The notes under the pieces: generated by a model
Told to the model about the DNA's origin: nothing
The model's input: the letters and a program-made list of their open reading frames with translations, nothing else
Database searches by the model: none
Made by a program: the position numbers and the translations under genes
From: Steroidobacteraceae bacterium
GTDB taxonomy: Bacteria; Pseudomonadota; Gammaproteobacteria; Steroidobacterales; Steroidobacteraceae
Direction of reading: 5' to 3'
DNA length: 34,576 bases
Assembly (NCBI GenBank): GCA_036786925.1
Contig: DAIQQI010000002.1
Span: forward strand, 1-34,576
Shown here: positions 8,765-17,988 of the stretch, one piece after another
Numbering within the stretch: the stretch's first letter is position 1
Layout of the letters: every line of letters begins with the position of its first letter

Positions 8765-10348
8765 ATGAATGACATGAAGGTCAACCTGCCAACGCAACTG
8801 GCCGGTCTCCTGGATGCCGAGACCTACCCGCACCCGACATCGGCAATCCGCGTCATCGAGACCCATATTTCCTGGGTCATCCTGACGGGCGAGTATGCGT
8901 ACAAGATAAAACGCCCCGTGAAGTTTTCATTCCTGGACTTCACGACGCTGGCGCAACGCGAGTTCTTTTGCCGCGAGGAGCTGCGGCTCAACCAGCGCTT
9001 TGCTCCGCAGCTGTATATCGATGTCTGTCCGATCGTCCGTCGCGGAACCAAGCTGCAGATGAATGGCGCCGGTGAGGCGCTGGAATTTGCGGTTCGCATG
9101 CGTCAGTTCGACCCGACCTGTGAGCTTGGCATCCTGCTGGAAAACGGCCACGTGACGATCGAGGAGATCGTGGCTTTTGGCAATTCTCTGGCGGCAAGCC
9201 ATGCCTCGCTGCCACGCATGCCGAGCAATCTTGAGCCCGGCAGGACCCGGGGCATTCTGCTGGACAACGCCCGCGAGTGCCTGGAGGCGACACAGGATAA
9301 TGCAGGCCGCGAATCTGTCAGGCAGTGCGCCTGGTGGCTGCGTGACGAACTACAACGTCTGCAGGAGCTCCTGGTCACTCGCGATGAACGGGGTTTTGTC
9401 CGCGAGTGCCATGGCGATCTGCATGCGAGCAACGTAGCGCGCATCGACGGCCGGTTGCTGGCGTTTGATTGCCTGGAGTTCAACGAGGAATTCCGCCGCA
9501 TCGATATCGCCCAGGAAGTCGCCTTTCTGACGATGGATCTCTGTGCCTACGGGCGTGCCACGCTCGCCAGCGCGTTCGTCAACGCCTGGCTCATGGCTAC
9601 CGGAGACTACCAGGCCTGCGAATGCCTGAATCTCTACGAAGCCCACTACGCACTGGTGCGCGCCAAGGTCGGTGCACTGGCCGCCGCACGCGCAGACGGT
9701 CGCGGGAGAAATGCGGCCATGAACCGGCAACATGTTTTTGTCGCTATTGCCGCCGCGCGATTGCAGCGAAAGCGGCCGCTTCTCATCCTGATGCACGGAC
9801 TGTCCGGTTCGGGCAAAAGCTGGCTGGCCGAGCGCCTGGCGCGTGAACTGCCTGCGATCCATATTCGCTCGGACGTGGAGCGCAAACGTCTTGTGGGCCT
9901 GCAGAAACTCGAGCCCAGCCACTCCGGCATCGCGAGCGAGCTCTATGCCGCCGACCAGACCGAACGTGTCTACCAGCGGCTCGATCAGTGCGCCCGCCAC
10001 GCATTGAATGGCGCACGCATGGCTATCGTCGACGCAAGTTTCCTGCAGCGTTCCGCGCGGCAACAATTTGTTAGATTAGCGTCCGAACTGGGGGTTCGGA
10101 TCGTCACCGTTGCCTGCCAGGCGCCGGGAGCGATGCTGAAGGCGCGAATTGAGACGCGAGCATCAATGGGCCTTGATCCTTCCGAGGCGAATGTCGAGGT
10201 GCTGGATTGGCAACGGCAGCAGATGGAACCCGTCGTCGAGGATGAGCACCTGGCGGTCATTGATGCGCACACCGAGCGGGCCTCGGTGCTGCATGACGTT
10301 TTAACGCAACTGCAGGCTCATATCGCGGATTGCGGCATATCCGGATAG
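8765..10348 (+). CDS. Bifunctional aminoglycoside-phosphotransferase-like kinase / P-loop ATP-binding protein
   Basis: 527 aa. The N-terminal half has an APH/kinase-like HGDLH.SN motif. The C-terminal half has a Walker A motif (HGLSGSGKSW). Confidence 0.75.
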   Translation: MNDMKVNLPTQLAGLLDAETYPHPTSAIRVIETHISWVILTGEYAYKIKRPVKFSFLDFTTLAQREFFCREELRLNQRFAPQLYIDVCPIVRRGTKLQMNGAGEALEFAVRMRQFDPTCELGILLENGHVTIEEIVAFGNSLAASHASLPRMPSNLEPGRTRGILLDNARECLEATQDNAGRESVRQCAWWLRDELQRLQELLVTRDERGFVRECHGDLHASNVARIDGRLLAFDCLEFNEEFRRIDIAQEVAFLTMDLCAYGRATLASAFVNAWLMATGDYQACECLNLYEAHYALVRAKVGALAAARADGRGRNAAMNRQHVFVAIAAARLQRKRPLLILMHGLSGSGKSWLAERLARELPAIHIRSDVERKRLVGLQKLEPSHSGIASELYAADQTERVYQRLDQCARHALNGARMAIVDASFLQRSARQQFVRLASELGVRIVTVACQAPGAMLKARIETRASMGLDPSEANVEVLDWQRQQMEPVVEDEHLAVIDAHTERASVLHDVLTQLQAHIADCGISG

Positions 10349-10403
10349 GCGCGCGTACTCCACGTCGTTAGCCTTTGAATGCAGGGACTGAGGAGTGAGG
10401 GAC

Positions 10404-10874
10404 ATGTTCAGTTATATCGTAGTCGCTGATGGAGGTCAGGCCAGGCTGCTGCGCGTCAGTGGTCCGGCGAGGGCCAGGCATGTGGTCGAGACGGAGGCTG
10501 TGGAGCGACCGTCGCTGCATGCTGTGGCAACAGAGCACGGCGAAGGGGCGGACAACAAACCTCATAATCCGCCACGTGGCCGTGCGGGCCAGAGTGAGCT
10601 AACAGCTACCACGCCGCACGACACCGGCAGTGACTACGATCCTCATGCCGGCGAAGTCATGCGTTTTGCCAGGTTCCTGTCGCGCCGGCTCGATCACTTG
10701 CGCCAGACGGGTGGTGTCAATGACTTCATCCTGCTGGCCGAGCCGCATTTTCTGGGCCTGCTGCGACACCAGCTGACCGAGCAGACTCGTCACATGGTGA
10801 GCCGGGAATTACCGCGCGACTTGGTGCACGCCGACTCCGAGAAAATCCTGGAAGCCGCCTTTCCCGCGGTCTGA
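10404..10874 (+). CDS. Host attachment protein family
   Basis: ORF 10395..10874. ATG 10404 has AGGAG 8 nt upstream. The family call is from memory of MxxxIVVADGGxARLL-type N-termini. Confidence 0.5.
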   Translation: MFSYIVVADGGQARLLRVSGPARARHVVETEAVERPSLHAVATEHGEGADNKPHNPPRGRAGQSELTATTPHDTGSDYDPHAGEVMRFARFLSRRLDHLRQTGGVNDFILLAEPHFLGLLRHQLTEQTRHMVSRELPRDLVHADSEKILEAAFPAV

Positions 10875-10893
10875 CGCCACGCGGGTGCGCTGG

Positions 10894-11880
10894 TTATTGC
10901 GGCCGTAATACGGCGGCGCCGGTCACGGCGCCACTGCGCAACGCGGCAAGCGCCTCGTTCGCTTGTTCCAGCCGATGTTCGTGCACCATCGTAAAGATGG
11001 TCATTTGTGCCGCCAGTTTCATGAACTCGGCGCCGTCGTTGCGTGTCAGGTTGGCGACTGAGCGCAGGACCCGTTCGCCCCACAGGAGCTGATACGGAAA
11101 ACTGGGCACGTCGCTCATGTGTATGCCGGCGCAGACTACGCCGCCGCCCTTGCGCACCGCGCGCAGCGCCAGCGGAATGAGTTCGCCAACAGGTGCAAAG
11201 ATGATTGCGGCGTCGAGCGGTTCCGGGCAGAAGGTCGTGGAATCGCCCGCCCAGACAGCGCCGCATTGGCGCGCCAGCGCCTGCGCCGCGTGGTCCAGTG
11301 GCCGTGTGAACGCGAAGACATCGCGGCCTTCATATTTCGCCACTTGAGTCACGATATGGCCGGCTGCCCCAAGCCCATAGATTCCCAGCCGGCGTGGATC
11401 GCCAGACATACGCAGTGCCCGGTAGCCGATGATCCCTGCGCACAGCAGCGGCGCGGCGTTAGCATCGGAGTAACTGTCCGGAATCTGCACGCAGAAATCC
11501 GGATCGGCCAGCACCATGTCGGCGTAACCGCCATCGATGTCGTAACCTGTGTAGCGCGCCTGCTCACACAGGTTTTCCTGGCCAGTGCGGCAGAACGAGC
11601 AATGGCCGCAAACCGCAGCCAGCCACGGCACGCCAACACGCGTGCCGACCGGCCAGCGGTCCGCTGATTTGCCCCGCTCTATGATGGTGCCAACGATCTC
11701 GTGACCCGGCACGATCGGCCTGGTTCCGCCGATCAATTCGCCATCGACAATGTGCAGGTCCGTGCGGCAGACACCGCAGACATGCACCTTGATCAGAACC
11801 TGGTGGTCGGCCGGCTGCGGATCGGGCCGGGTGCAGGACTGCAGCGCAAGTCCCGGCCGCGTTAGCACCATCGCGCGCAT
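10894..11880 (-). CDS. Zinc-dependent alcohol dehydrogenase family protein
   Basis: 328 aa. It has GVCRTDLH and GHE.VG catalytic-Zn motifs, a CGHCSFC structural-Zn cluster, and a GLGAAGH Rossmann motif. Confidence 0.85.
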   Translation of the reverse strand: MRAMVLTRPGLALQSCTRPDPQPADHQVLIKVHVCGVCRTDLHIVDGELIGGTRPIVPGHEIVGTIIERGKSADRWPVGTRVGVPWLAAVCGHCSFCRTGQENLCEQARYTGYDIDGGYADMVLADPDFCVQIPDSYSDANAAPLLCAGIIGYRALRMSGDPRRLGIYGLGAAGHIVTQVAKYEGRDVFAFTRPLDHAAQALARQCGAVWAGDSTTFCPEPLDAAIIFAPVGELIPLALRAVRKGGGVVCAGIHMSDVPSFPYQLLWGERVLRSVANLTRNDGAEFMKLAAQMTIFTMVHEHRLEQANEALAALRSGAVTGAAVLRPQ

Positions 11881-12115
11881 GTCAGCGCAGCGGCTTTTCC
11901 AGGTCTGACACCGGATCGCTCTGTTCCCAGAACAGGTCGGTAGCAGGACTGCCTGCCTGAGCGGCGCTGACGATCATCAAAAGGCCCAGCAGCTGTGCCG
12001 CAGGGCGGACTTGCGGAAGATATTGAGGTATGCGCATGCGCATCAGCATAGCGCGATTCAATCAATGGGCGCACCGGCTGTTCTGGCCTACAATCGCCGG
12101 GGAGGTAGCTACCGT

Positions 12116-12541
12116 ATGAAACCAATACTCATTTTCTGGCCGATGATCGTCATGGCCGGGCTGACCCTGGTCGTCGCAATTCGCATGTATACGACGCGTG
12201 TCGCGGAGATGCGGGAACGACGTGTGCGCCCGCAACTGCTCGCAACGCGGCAGGAAGCGGAAAAGCAGCTGCACAACACCCAGGGTTCCGACAACTTCCG
12301 CAACCTGTTCGAAATCCCGGTGCTTTTTTATGCGATCTGCCCGGTCCTGTTCCTGACCGGCAACGTCACGACGCTGCAGTTATCGCTCGCCTGGCTCTTT
12401 GTGCTAACAAGAGTGATCCACAGTTTCATCCATGTCACCTACAACAAGGTCATGCACCGCTTCAATGCCTTCGTACTCGGCATGGCTGCGCTGTTCGCGA
12501 TGTGGATCACGCTGGCCGTGCAGCTCGCGCGCGCCAGCTGA
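12116..12541 (+). CDS. MAPEG family membrane protein
   Basis: ORF 12011..12541. ATG 12116 has GGGGAGG upstream. It has about 4 TM helices and the F.NLFE.PVLFY motif. Confidence 0.6.
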   Translation: MKPILIFWPMIVMAGLTLVVAIRMYTTRVAEMRERRVRPQLLATRQEAEKQLHNTQGSDNFRNLFEIPVLFYAICPVLFLTGNVTTLQLSLAWLFVLTRVIHSFIHVTYNKVMHRFNAFVLGMAALFAMWITLAVQLARAS

Positions 12542-12560
12542 TGGCAATCCGCGCAAGGAC

Positions 12561-12893
12561 ATGAGCAGCCGGGAGTTTCTGGATTTTGTGCTCGAGCAGA
12601 TGTCGCAGCTGCGTGGCCTGCGCAGCAATCGGATGTTCGGCGGCTTCGGCATCTATCAGCATGAACTGTTCTTCGCGCTGATTGCCGACGATCGCCTGTA
12701 TCTCAAGGCCGATGCCGAAAGCCGCGCGGATTTCCTGGCGCGCAACCTGGCTCCATTTACCTATCCCCGGCGCGGTGTTACGGCATCGCTCAACTATTAC
12801 GAAGCGCCGCCCGAGGTGTTTGACGATGCCGACAGCATGAAAGCCTGGGCCGAAAAGGCTATCGGTGCCGCGCGCCGCGCCGCCGCTGCCTAG
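12561..12893 (+). CDS. TfoX/Sxy N-terminal domain protein
   Basis: ORF 12432..12893. ATG 12561 gives MSSREFLDFVLEQM...MFGGFGIY...LYLK, which is typical of the TfoX N-terminal domain. Confidence 0.65.
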   Translation: MSSREFLDFVLEQMSQLRGLRSNRMFGGFGIYQHELFFALIADDRLYLKADAESRADFLARNLAPFTYPRRGVTASLNYYEAPPEVFDDADSMKAWAEKAIGAARRAAAA

Positions 12894-14911
12894 CGTTGCG
12901 CGATGGAAATCGCGCTGCCGACCGGCGTAAGTCCACGCTGGCCGCCGCCCATGATCCGCAGCCGGTCGGCGTTCACGATATAGAGCACCACGCCGGTGCC
13001 GCCGTAGTAGTCGATGTTCGTCTGGCCTGCACCGCGCCCGGTCGCTGTGTCGAACGAGTAGCTGCCGGTTACCGGTCCGGAAAGCAGCCCGCCATTCAGG
13101 GTCAGCGCCGGTGCTAACAAAAGTGTCGCGGTGCGATTGCCGAACTGCGTCGAGGATACAAACGTGCCGTTCTGCAACGCCTGGTAGGGGCCGGCCGCCT
13201 GGGCTTCCAGCAGACCGAACTTGGCGACGCCGGTGGTCTCGGCGACGTAGCCGTTGGCCACACCATCGAAATAGATTACGAAGCGGCGCGACGCATCGGT
13301 CGACGTCACCACCGCGCGACCGTCGGCCTCGACGCTGGCGGTCATGTTGGAGTAGGTGTCGGTGCGCGGCGCGTCGCCTTTGCGCGCAGTGTCCAGCACG
13401 AGATTCACGGTGCTGGCACCGGCGAGCGCCATGCGTCCCAGCGCGGTGATCTGCTCAGCGCCGAGGGGCGCGCCCCAGGCACTCAGTATCCCGGCCTGTG
13501 CAAACGCCGCGCTCGTGGTTGCGCCGACGCCAGTCTGGCGCGTCACAAATCCTGCCAGGCGCGGCGCGTTAGCTGCCGCGGACAGCGCATAGAAGCGATT
13601 GGCACTGACCGGGTAGTAATAGACCGTCAGCGTGCGCCCGGCGAAGGTCAGCGTTGCGGTGCCGCGATTGCCGGTGCCGGGTGCGGCGAAATTACCGGTG
13701 AGCGCCGCCGCGGTTTGCGCGCCCGGGCCCGCGACGTCGACGCGGCCGGCGGTGATATTGCCACTGGCATCGAGCGCGGCGCGGCCCACGACCGCGAGTC
13801 CGGCGCCGGTGGTATCGGCGCCATAGAGGCCAAACGCGAACGAGCCGCTGGGCGCCGCGGCGAGTGGCGCGGCGACGCTTGTTAGCTCGCCCGAGCCGCG
13901 TGCACTGCTGTTGTCCGACTCGTGGAAGAAGGCGGTGGTCAGGTTATTGACGGCCGCGTAGGCATAACTGGCGTTGCCCGCGGTGCTGGCGACTTCGTTG
14001 ACGCCATAGTTCTGCGAGGTGGTCCTGCAGGTTCCGGCGCTCAGGCTGCCCGCGAGCGTCGTCGCGGCGACGTCGGCAAAGTCCTCGGTGCCGGTGATCT
14101 TGCCGTCAGTCCCGAAACTGAAATTGCCGCCGCGCGCGATGAAGTCAGCGCCGCGAAAGCCGGCGAAGACAAACGCATAGTTGCCCTCGAGCAGGCAGGC
14201 GGTCTGTTCGCGCACGCGCAGCGTGATATTGGCGCTGACAACCCGCCCGAGGCTGTCGGTGGCGGTGAGGGTGAAGGTCGACGAACCCTGCGCAGTCGGC
14301 GTGCCGGTGATGGTGTTGTTGTTGACGGTGCTGGTGCCGAGCGCGAGTCCGGTCGGCAGGGATCCGGAAGCTATCGCCCAGGTGAACGGCGCTGTGCCGC
14401 CCGCCACCACGAACTGCGCGCCGTAGGCGACATTCTGGTTCAGGGGATAGACCGTTGGCGTCAGCAGTTGCGGTGTGCCGTTGACGACGATCAGGCTGTT
14501 GGCGCCGGCCGTGGCGTCGGCTATGGATTGGGCAGTGACCGCAATGGTCTCGCTGCCCGGGAAGCTGCCCGGGGCCACATAGGTCACCGAGGTGGTGGTC
14601 GCATTGGTCAGTGACCCCGAGCCGGTGAGTGACCAGGTGACGCCGGACGCGGCGCCAGGGCCGGTGAGGGCGGCTGTGACCGTGGTGGTCGCACCCGCAT
14701 TCACTGACGTGGCGCCTGCCGTCAGGGTGACAACGGTGGGCGTGGTGGTGGTTCCGCCACCGCTACCACTGCCGCTGGTATCGGAGCCACTGCCTCCACA
14801 GGCCGCTAAAGCCAAAGCCAGCAACAAGGCGGCGCCGCGCGGCGCCTGACGGGCGAAATCTGCGAAATACAAGCCTGAATCTCCCACGTGACGGCGCTCC
14901 AGGGAGGGCAT
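12890..14911 (-). CDS. Large secreted lipoprotein with Ig-like repeats
   Basis: 673 aa. It has a lipobox (LALAACGG) and a Gly/Ser/Thr linker, followed by repeats of the Ig-like type (TVTA..TGPG...VTWSL.GSGSL; GG..PFTW...GSLP.GL.L....G.I.GTPT). The C-terminal 400 aa are unassigned. Confidence 0.55.
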   Translation of the reverse strand: MPSLERRHVGDSGLYFADFARQAPRGAALLLALALAACGGSGSDTSGSGSGGGTTTTPTVVTLTAGATSVNAGATTTVTAALTGPGAASGVTWSLTGSGSLTNATTTSVTYVAPGSFPGSETIAVTAQSIADATAGANSLIVVNGTPQLLTPTVYPLNQNVAYGAQFVVAGGTAPFTWAIASGSLPTGLALGTSTVNNNTITGTPTAQGSSTFTLTATDSLGRVVSANITLRVREQTACLLEGNYAFVFAGFRGADFIARGGNFSFGTDGKITGTEDFADVAATTLAGSLSAGTCRTTSQNYGVNEVASTAGNASYAYAAVNNLTTAFFHESDNSSARGSGELTSVAAPLAAAPSGSFAFGLYGADTTGAGLAVVGRAALDASGNITAGRVDVAGPGAQTAAALTGNFAAPGTGNRGTATLTFAGRTLTVYYYPVSANRFYALSAAANAPRLAGFVTRQTGVGATTSAAFAQAGILSAWGAPLGAEQITALGRMALAGASTVNLVLDTARKGDAPRTDTYSNMTASVEADGRAVVTSTDASRRFVIYFDGVANGYVAETTGVAKFGLLEAQAAGPYQALQNGTFVSSTQFGNRTATLLLAPALTLNGGLLSGPVTGSYSFDTATGRGAGQTNIDYYGGTGVVLYIVNADRLRIMGGGQRGLTPVGSAISIAQR

Positions 14912-14938
14912 GCGCCGCAGATGACAGGATGGACCGTT

Positions 14939-15964
14939 TTACCGGCTATTTAGTTCGCAGGATACACCAATGCCCCGGGCCCGGTCTTCGGTCCGGATGC
15001 GCCGTGCTAACGGGGGTGCGTCGGCGGTGATGGTCGCGACCCCGTTGTTGTCATCGGGCACGCGGATGCTGAGGCGCAGCCGGTCATCCAGGCCATATCG
15101 GTCCGCGGCCGGGTAGTCGGCGCGCAGCAGCCGGATCTGCAGCTTGCTGCCGTCCCGCGCGGCTACATCGGCGAAGAATCCGCGGTCATAGGCCGCCAGT
15201 CTGCGGCTGCCGGCAGCGTCCCTGACACTGCAGGTGTAATCCCGGCTGCGATACAACCTAACATGCGTGTGGTCCTCGCGGCCGATGAAGATGCGGCCGC
15301 CCATGGTGTTGATGTCGTACAGCCACAGCACTTCGGGTGTTAGCACCCATTCGGCATCGGCGAAAAATTCCTTGCCGGTGCGGTCCGAAATGTAGCTGCA
15401 GGTACCGGGACCGTATTTGCGCGACTCCGCGACCTTGCCATCTAACACACCGGCGAGCTGCCCGCCGTCGCGGCGCCAGAGGAAATCGCAGCGCACCCCA
15501 TCGGGATTGCGCATTTTCACCTGGCCCCACAGCTCCGGATGCTTGTGCAAATCGACGTATTTTTCCGGCTCGGCGGGGCCCTGGCCGTTGATGACCACGG
15601 CGCTGCGCGTCTCGTCGATCCACGCGCGATACAGCACCTGCGACCCGGGCACGAGGGCGCCGTCGCGACCGCCGATGTTGATCTGGCCGTAGAACACGAC
15701 CTCGCCGACCTGCGGCGCCTTGATCAGCGCAAAAGTGCGATGCCAGTGCTCGTGCTCGCCTTCCTCGGGCATCTTCACGCTGCGCTCCAACTCGATCTGC
15801 GGAAAGGAATTCCACTCGCCCGGCAGCCAGGCCTTCAGGTCCTTCATTACGGATTCGAGTTCCATGCGGGTCAACTGATAACTGGGCGCGGCCGCGGCGA
15901 AATTCGGCAGCAACAGGAGTGCCCCCAGCAACAGCGCGGCGCGGCAAGAGTTGGTTCGCAGCAT
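14939..15964 (-). CDS. Secreted protein, possibly CpcT/CpeT-like beta-barrel fold (uncertain)
   Basis: 341 aa with a signal peptide. The WLPGEWNSFPQ, VFYGQ...LYRAW and LWLYD.....G patterns recall the CpcT/CpeT (DUF1001) family. The resemblance is judged by eye only. Confidence 0.4.
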   Translation of the reverse strand: MLRTNSCRAALLLGALLLLPNFAAAAPSYQLTRMELESVMKDLKAWLPGEWNSFPQIELERSVKMPEEGEHEHWHRTFALIKAPQVGEVVFYGQINIGGRDGALVPGSQVLYRAWIDETRSAVVINGQGPAEPEKYVDLHKHPELWGQVKMRNPDGVRCDFLWRRDGGQLAGVLDGKVAESRKYGPGTCSYISDRTGKEFFADAEWVLTPEVLWLYDINTMGGRIFIGREDHTHVRLYRSRDYTCSVRDAAGSRRLAAYDRGFFADVAARDGSKLQIRLLRADYPAADRYGLDDRLRLSIRVPDDNNGVATITADAPPLARRIRTEDRARGIGVSCELNSR

Positions 15965-16031
15965 AGAATTGCCTTGAGTATCGAGGGTCGGGACCGGCAG
16001 AATAGCGCCTTCTTTTCAGGAGCCAAGCAAC

Positions 16032-16154
16032 ATGGGTAAGGGTGACCATCGCAGCCGTCGCGGCAAGATTTATCAGGGTTCTTTCGGCAAGTCCCGGCCG
16101 AAGGATCCCGCCAAGGCCGCGAAAAAGGCCAAGGCCAAATCCAAAACCAAGTAA
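16032..16154 (+). CDS. 30S ribosomal protein bTHX
   Basis: This 40-codon ORF is too short to appear in the ORF track: MGKGDHRSRRGKIYQGSFGKSRPKDPAKAAKKAKAKSKTK. It matches the [20 protein letters not shown] pattern of Thermus Thx. AGGAG lies 10 nt upstream, and a strong terminator follows. Confidence 0.8.
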   Translation: MGKGDHRSRRGKIYQGSFGKSRPKDPAKAAKKAKAKSKTK

Positions 16155-16174
16155 TTAGAGAGCACAGGTCGGCC

Positions 16175-16205
16175 AATGGCCCGCTTCGGCGGGCCATTTG
16201 CTTTC
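16175..16205. terminator. Bidirectional intrinsic terminator between the bTHX gene and the KAS III gene
   Basis: AATGGCCCGC-TTCG-GCGGGCCATT forms a 10-bp stem (16175-16198), followed by TGCTTTC. It sits between convergent stop codons at 16152-16154 and 16204-16206. Confidence 0.7.
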
Positions 16206-17292
16206 AGGGGGCGGCCTGCGGCAATGGCGGCTTCAGGGCCCGGTAACGATTGACGATGGTCAGCGCCGACTCGGTCGCCGGCGGCAACTCCACATCGCTT
16301 TGTGCGATCGGCTGGATCCGCGAACCCCAGCGCAGCAGATGCGCGCAGAAGGTCAGCCCGCCGCCGAAAGCCGGCATCAGCAGCAGCGAGCCGGGCTTGA
16401 TGCGGCCTTGCTCGAGCGCCTCGCACAGCGCGACCGGCACCGTCGCCGCGGACATGTTGCCGTAGCGCTGCACGTTGATGAACATCTTCTCCGGCGGCAT
16501 GTGCGTGCGCTTCGCTACTGCGTCGATGATGCGCAGATTGGCCTGGTGCGGAATCACGATGTCCACTTGCTCGGGAGCCGTGCCAGTAGTCTCGAGTACA
16601 TGCGCGCAGGCGGCACTCATGCCGCCCACGGCTTTCTTGAATATCTCCTGGCCTTCAAACTGCCATTCCGTGCGGCCTAACACCCAACCCTTGTTGGCGT
16701 AATTGCCGCCCATCCCGTGGATGCGCAGGATCTCGCGCGAGTCGCCGTAACAGCCGAGCTTCTCGGCTAACAAACCGGCGTCCTCGTCGGTACGCTCCAG
16801 GACCACGGCGGCTGCGCCATCGCCGAACAGCACCGCGACGTTGCGGTCATGCCAGTTCATGAAAGGAGAGATCAGCTCGGCGCCCACCACCAGCGCGTTG
16901 CGAACCACGCCGGTGCGGATCAGCGCGTTGGCGGTGGACAGGCCATAGAGAAAGCTGGTGCAGGCGGTGTTGACGTCCATGGCGCCGCAGCCCTCGGCGC
17001 CGATGCGATGCTGCAGGCCCGAAGCCATGTTCGGCACCTGGTCGTCGTAGCTGCAGCTGCCAAAGACGATCATGTCGATGTCCGAGCCCTTGAGCCCGGC
17101 GGCCGCCAGGGCGCGCATCGACGCGACATAGGTCAATTCACCGAGATTCACATGCGACACCCGGCGCTCGGATATGCCGGTGCGAGTCTTGATCCACTCA
17201 TCGTCGGTGGGCAGGAAGGTTGCGAGGTCCGCGTTGCTGAGCACCGCGGGCGGCAGGCACTTCCCCCAGCCGGTAATCATGGCGTTGTGCAT
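16204..17292 (-). CDS. Beta-ketoacyl-ACP synthase III (KAS III / FabH-like)
   Basis: ORF 16204..17352. The start is ATG 17292 or 17280 (MITGWGKCLP). The Cys-His-Asn triad contexts are NTACTSF, PHQAN and YGNMSAAT. A C-terminal tail of about 40 aa extends beyond the usual FabH end. Confidence 0.8.
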   Translation of the reverse strand: MHNAMITGWGKCLPPAVLSNADLATFLPTDDEWIKTRTGISERRVSHVNLGELTYVASMRALAAAGLKGSDIDMIVFGSCSYDDQVPNMASGLQHRIGAEGCGAMDVNTACTSFLYGLSTANALIRTGVVRNALVVGAELISPFMNWHDRNVAVLFGDGAAAVVLERTDEDAGLLAEKLGCYGDSREILRIHGMGGNYANKGWVLGRTEWQFEGQEIFKKAVGGMSAACAHVLETTGTAPEQVDIVIPHQANLRIIDAVAKRTHMPPEKMFINVQRYGNMSAATVPVALCEALEQGRIKPGSLLLMPAFGGGLTFCAHLLRWGSRIQPIAQSDVELPPATESALTIVNRYRALKPPLPQAAP

Positions 17293-17342
17293 CAACGCAG
17301 AATACCGGCAAAATGCCGCCCTCGGAACAAGGGAGCCTCTGA

Positions 17343-17909
17343 ATGTCCGCATGGATGCCGCAAATCGACCCCAGTTGGCAGGGTGTCACCGCCTTTTACG
17401 AGCTGATCTTTGGCACCTGGATCGCCTACGCGCTCCTGATCTGGATCTGGCAAGGCTGGCTCAAGACGCCGCTGCGCGAATGGCGCTACGCGATGATCAT
17501 CTTTCTCGCGGCGGGCGCGTTCTGGGTCAACCATTATTTTTCGGGCACCGCGCCCGCGGGTTCACCGCCCTCGCCGGGGCCTTTGTTGATCAGGCTCTAT
17601 GCGGTTTTCTTTTTGTTCTGCTACTGGCGCCTCGCGATCGGGCCGCAGCCCGGCAAGTCCCTGGTCTGGAAACTGTTCGCGCTGGCCACTGGTGTTGTGC
17701 TAACAGTTGGCTTCATTGCCGTCGAGCAGCTCGCGCGCTACGGCGTCGCGAACTGGGGCATGCACGAGTTCTGCTGGATGAGCATCGCCTTCCTCGGCTT
17801 TGTCTGGCTGATCCGCTGGCGCGGCAAGGCGCCCGTGCAACCCGAGCTCGGCAAGCTGGAGCCCTACCAGACCTACAAGTGGCACGGTCTCGGGTCGCCG
17901 CACGACTAG
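17343..17909 (+). CDS. Hypothetical multi-pass membrane protein
   Basis: 188 aa with about 5 hydrophobic helices. I recognise no family. It is divergent from the KAS III gene. Confidence 0.45.
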   Translation: MSAWMPQIDPSWQGVTAFYELIFGTWIAYALLIWIWQGWLKTPLREWRYAMIIFLAAGAFWVNHYFSGTAPAGSPPSPGPLLIRLYAVFFLFCYWRLAIGPQPGKSLVWKLFALATGVVLTVGFIAVEQLARYGVANWGMHEFCWMSIAFLGFVWLIRWRGKAPVQPELGKLEPYQTYKWHGLGSPHD

Positions 17910-17988
17910 GCTGCCCAGGTCTGTTAGCTGAAACTCCACTGCCAGGGTCTCGGCTGCATCCAGGAGTTTTTGAGAGCGGAGCAGATTG

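Noticed and set aside
8642-8866. An upstream extension of the Usp ORF (8210..8866, 218 aa).
   Set aside because: The extension is Cys/Arg/His-rich and would overlap the start of the divergent kinase gene. The canonical Usp N-terminus MAKKILIPVDGS begins at 8641.
12030-12043. A self-complementary 14-mer, ATGCGCATGCGCAT, upstream of the MAPEG gene.
   Set aside because: It is short and GC-rich, has no second copy in the window, and has no convincing promoter around it. It may be chance.
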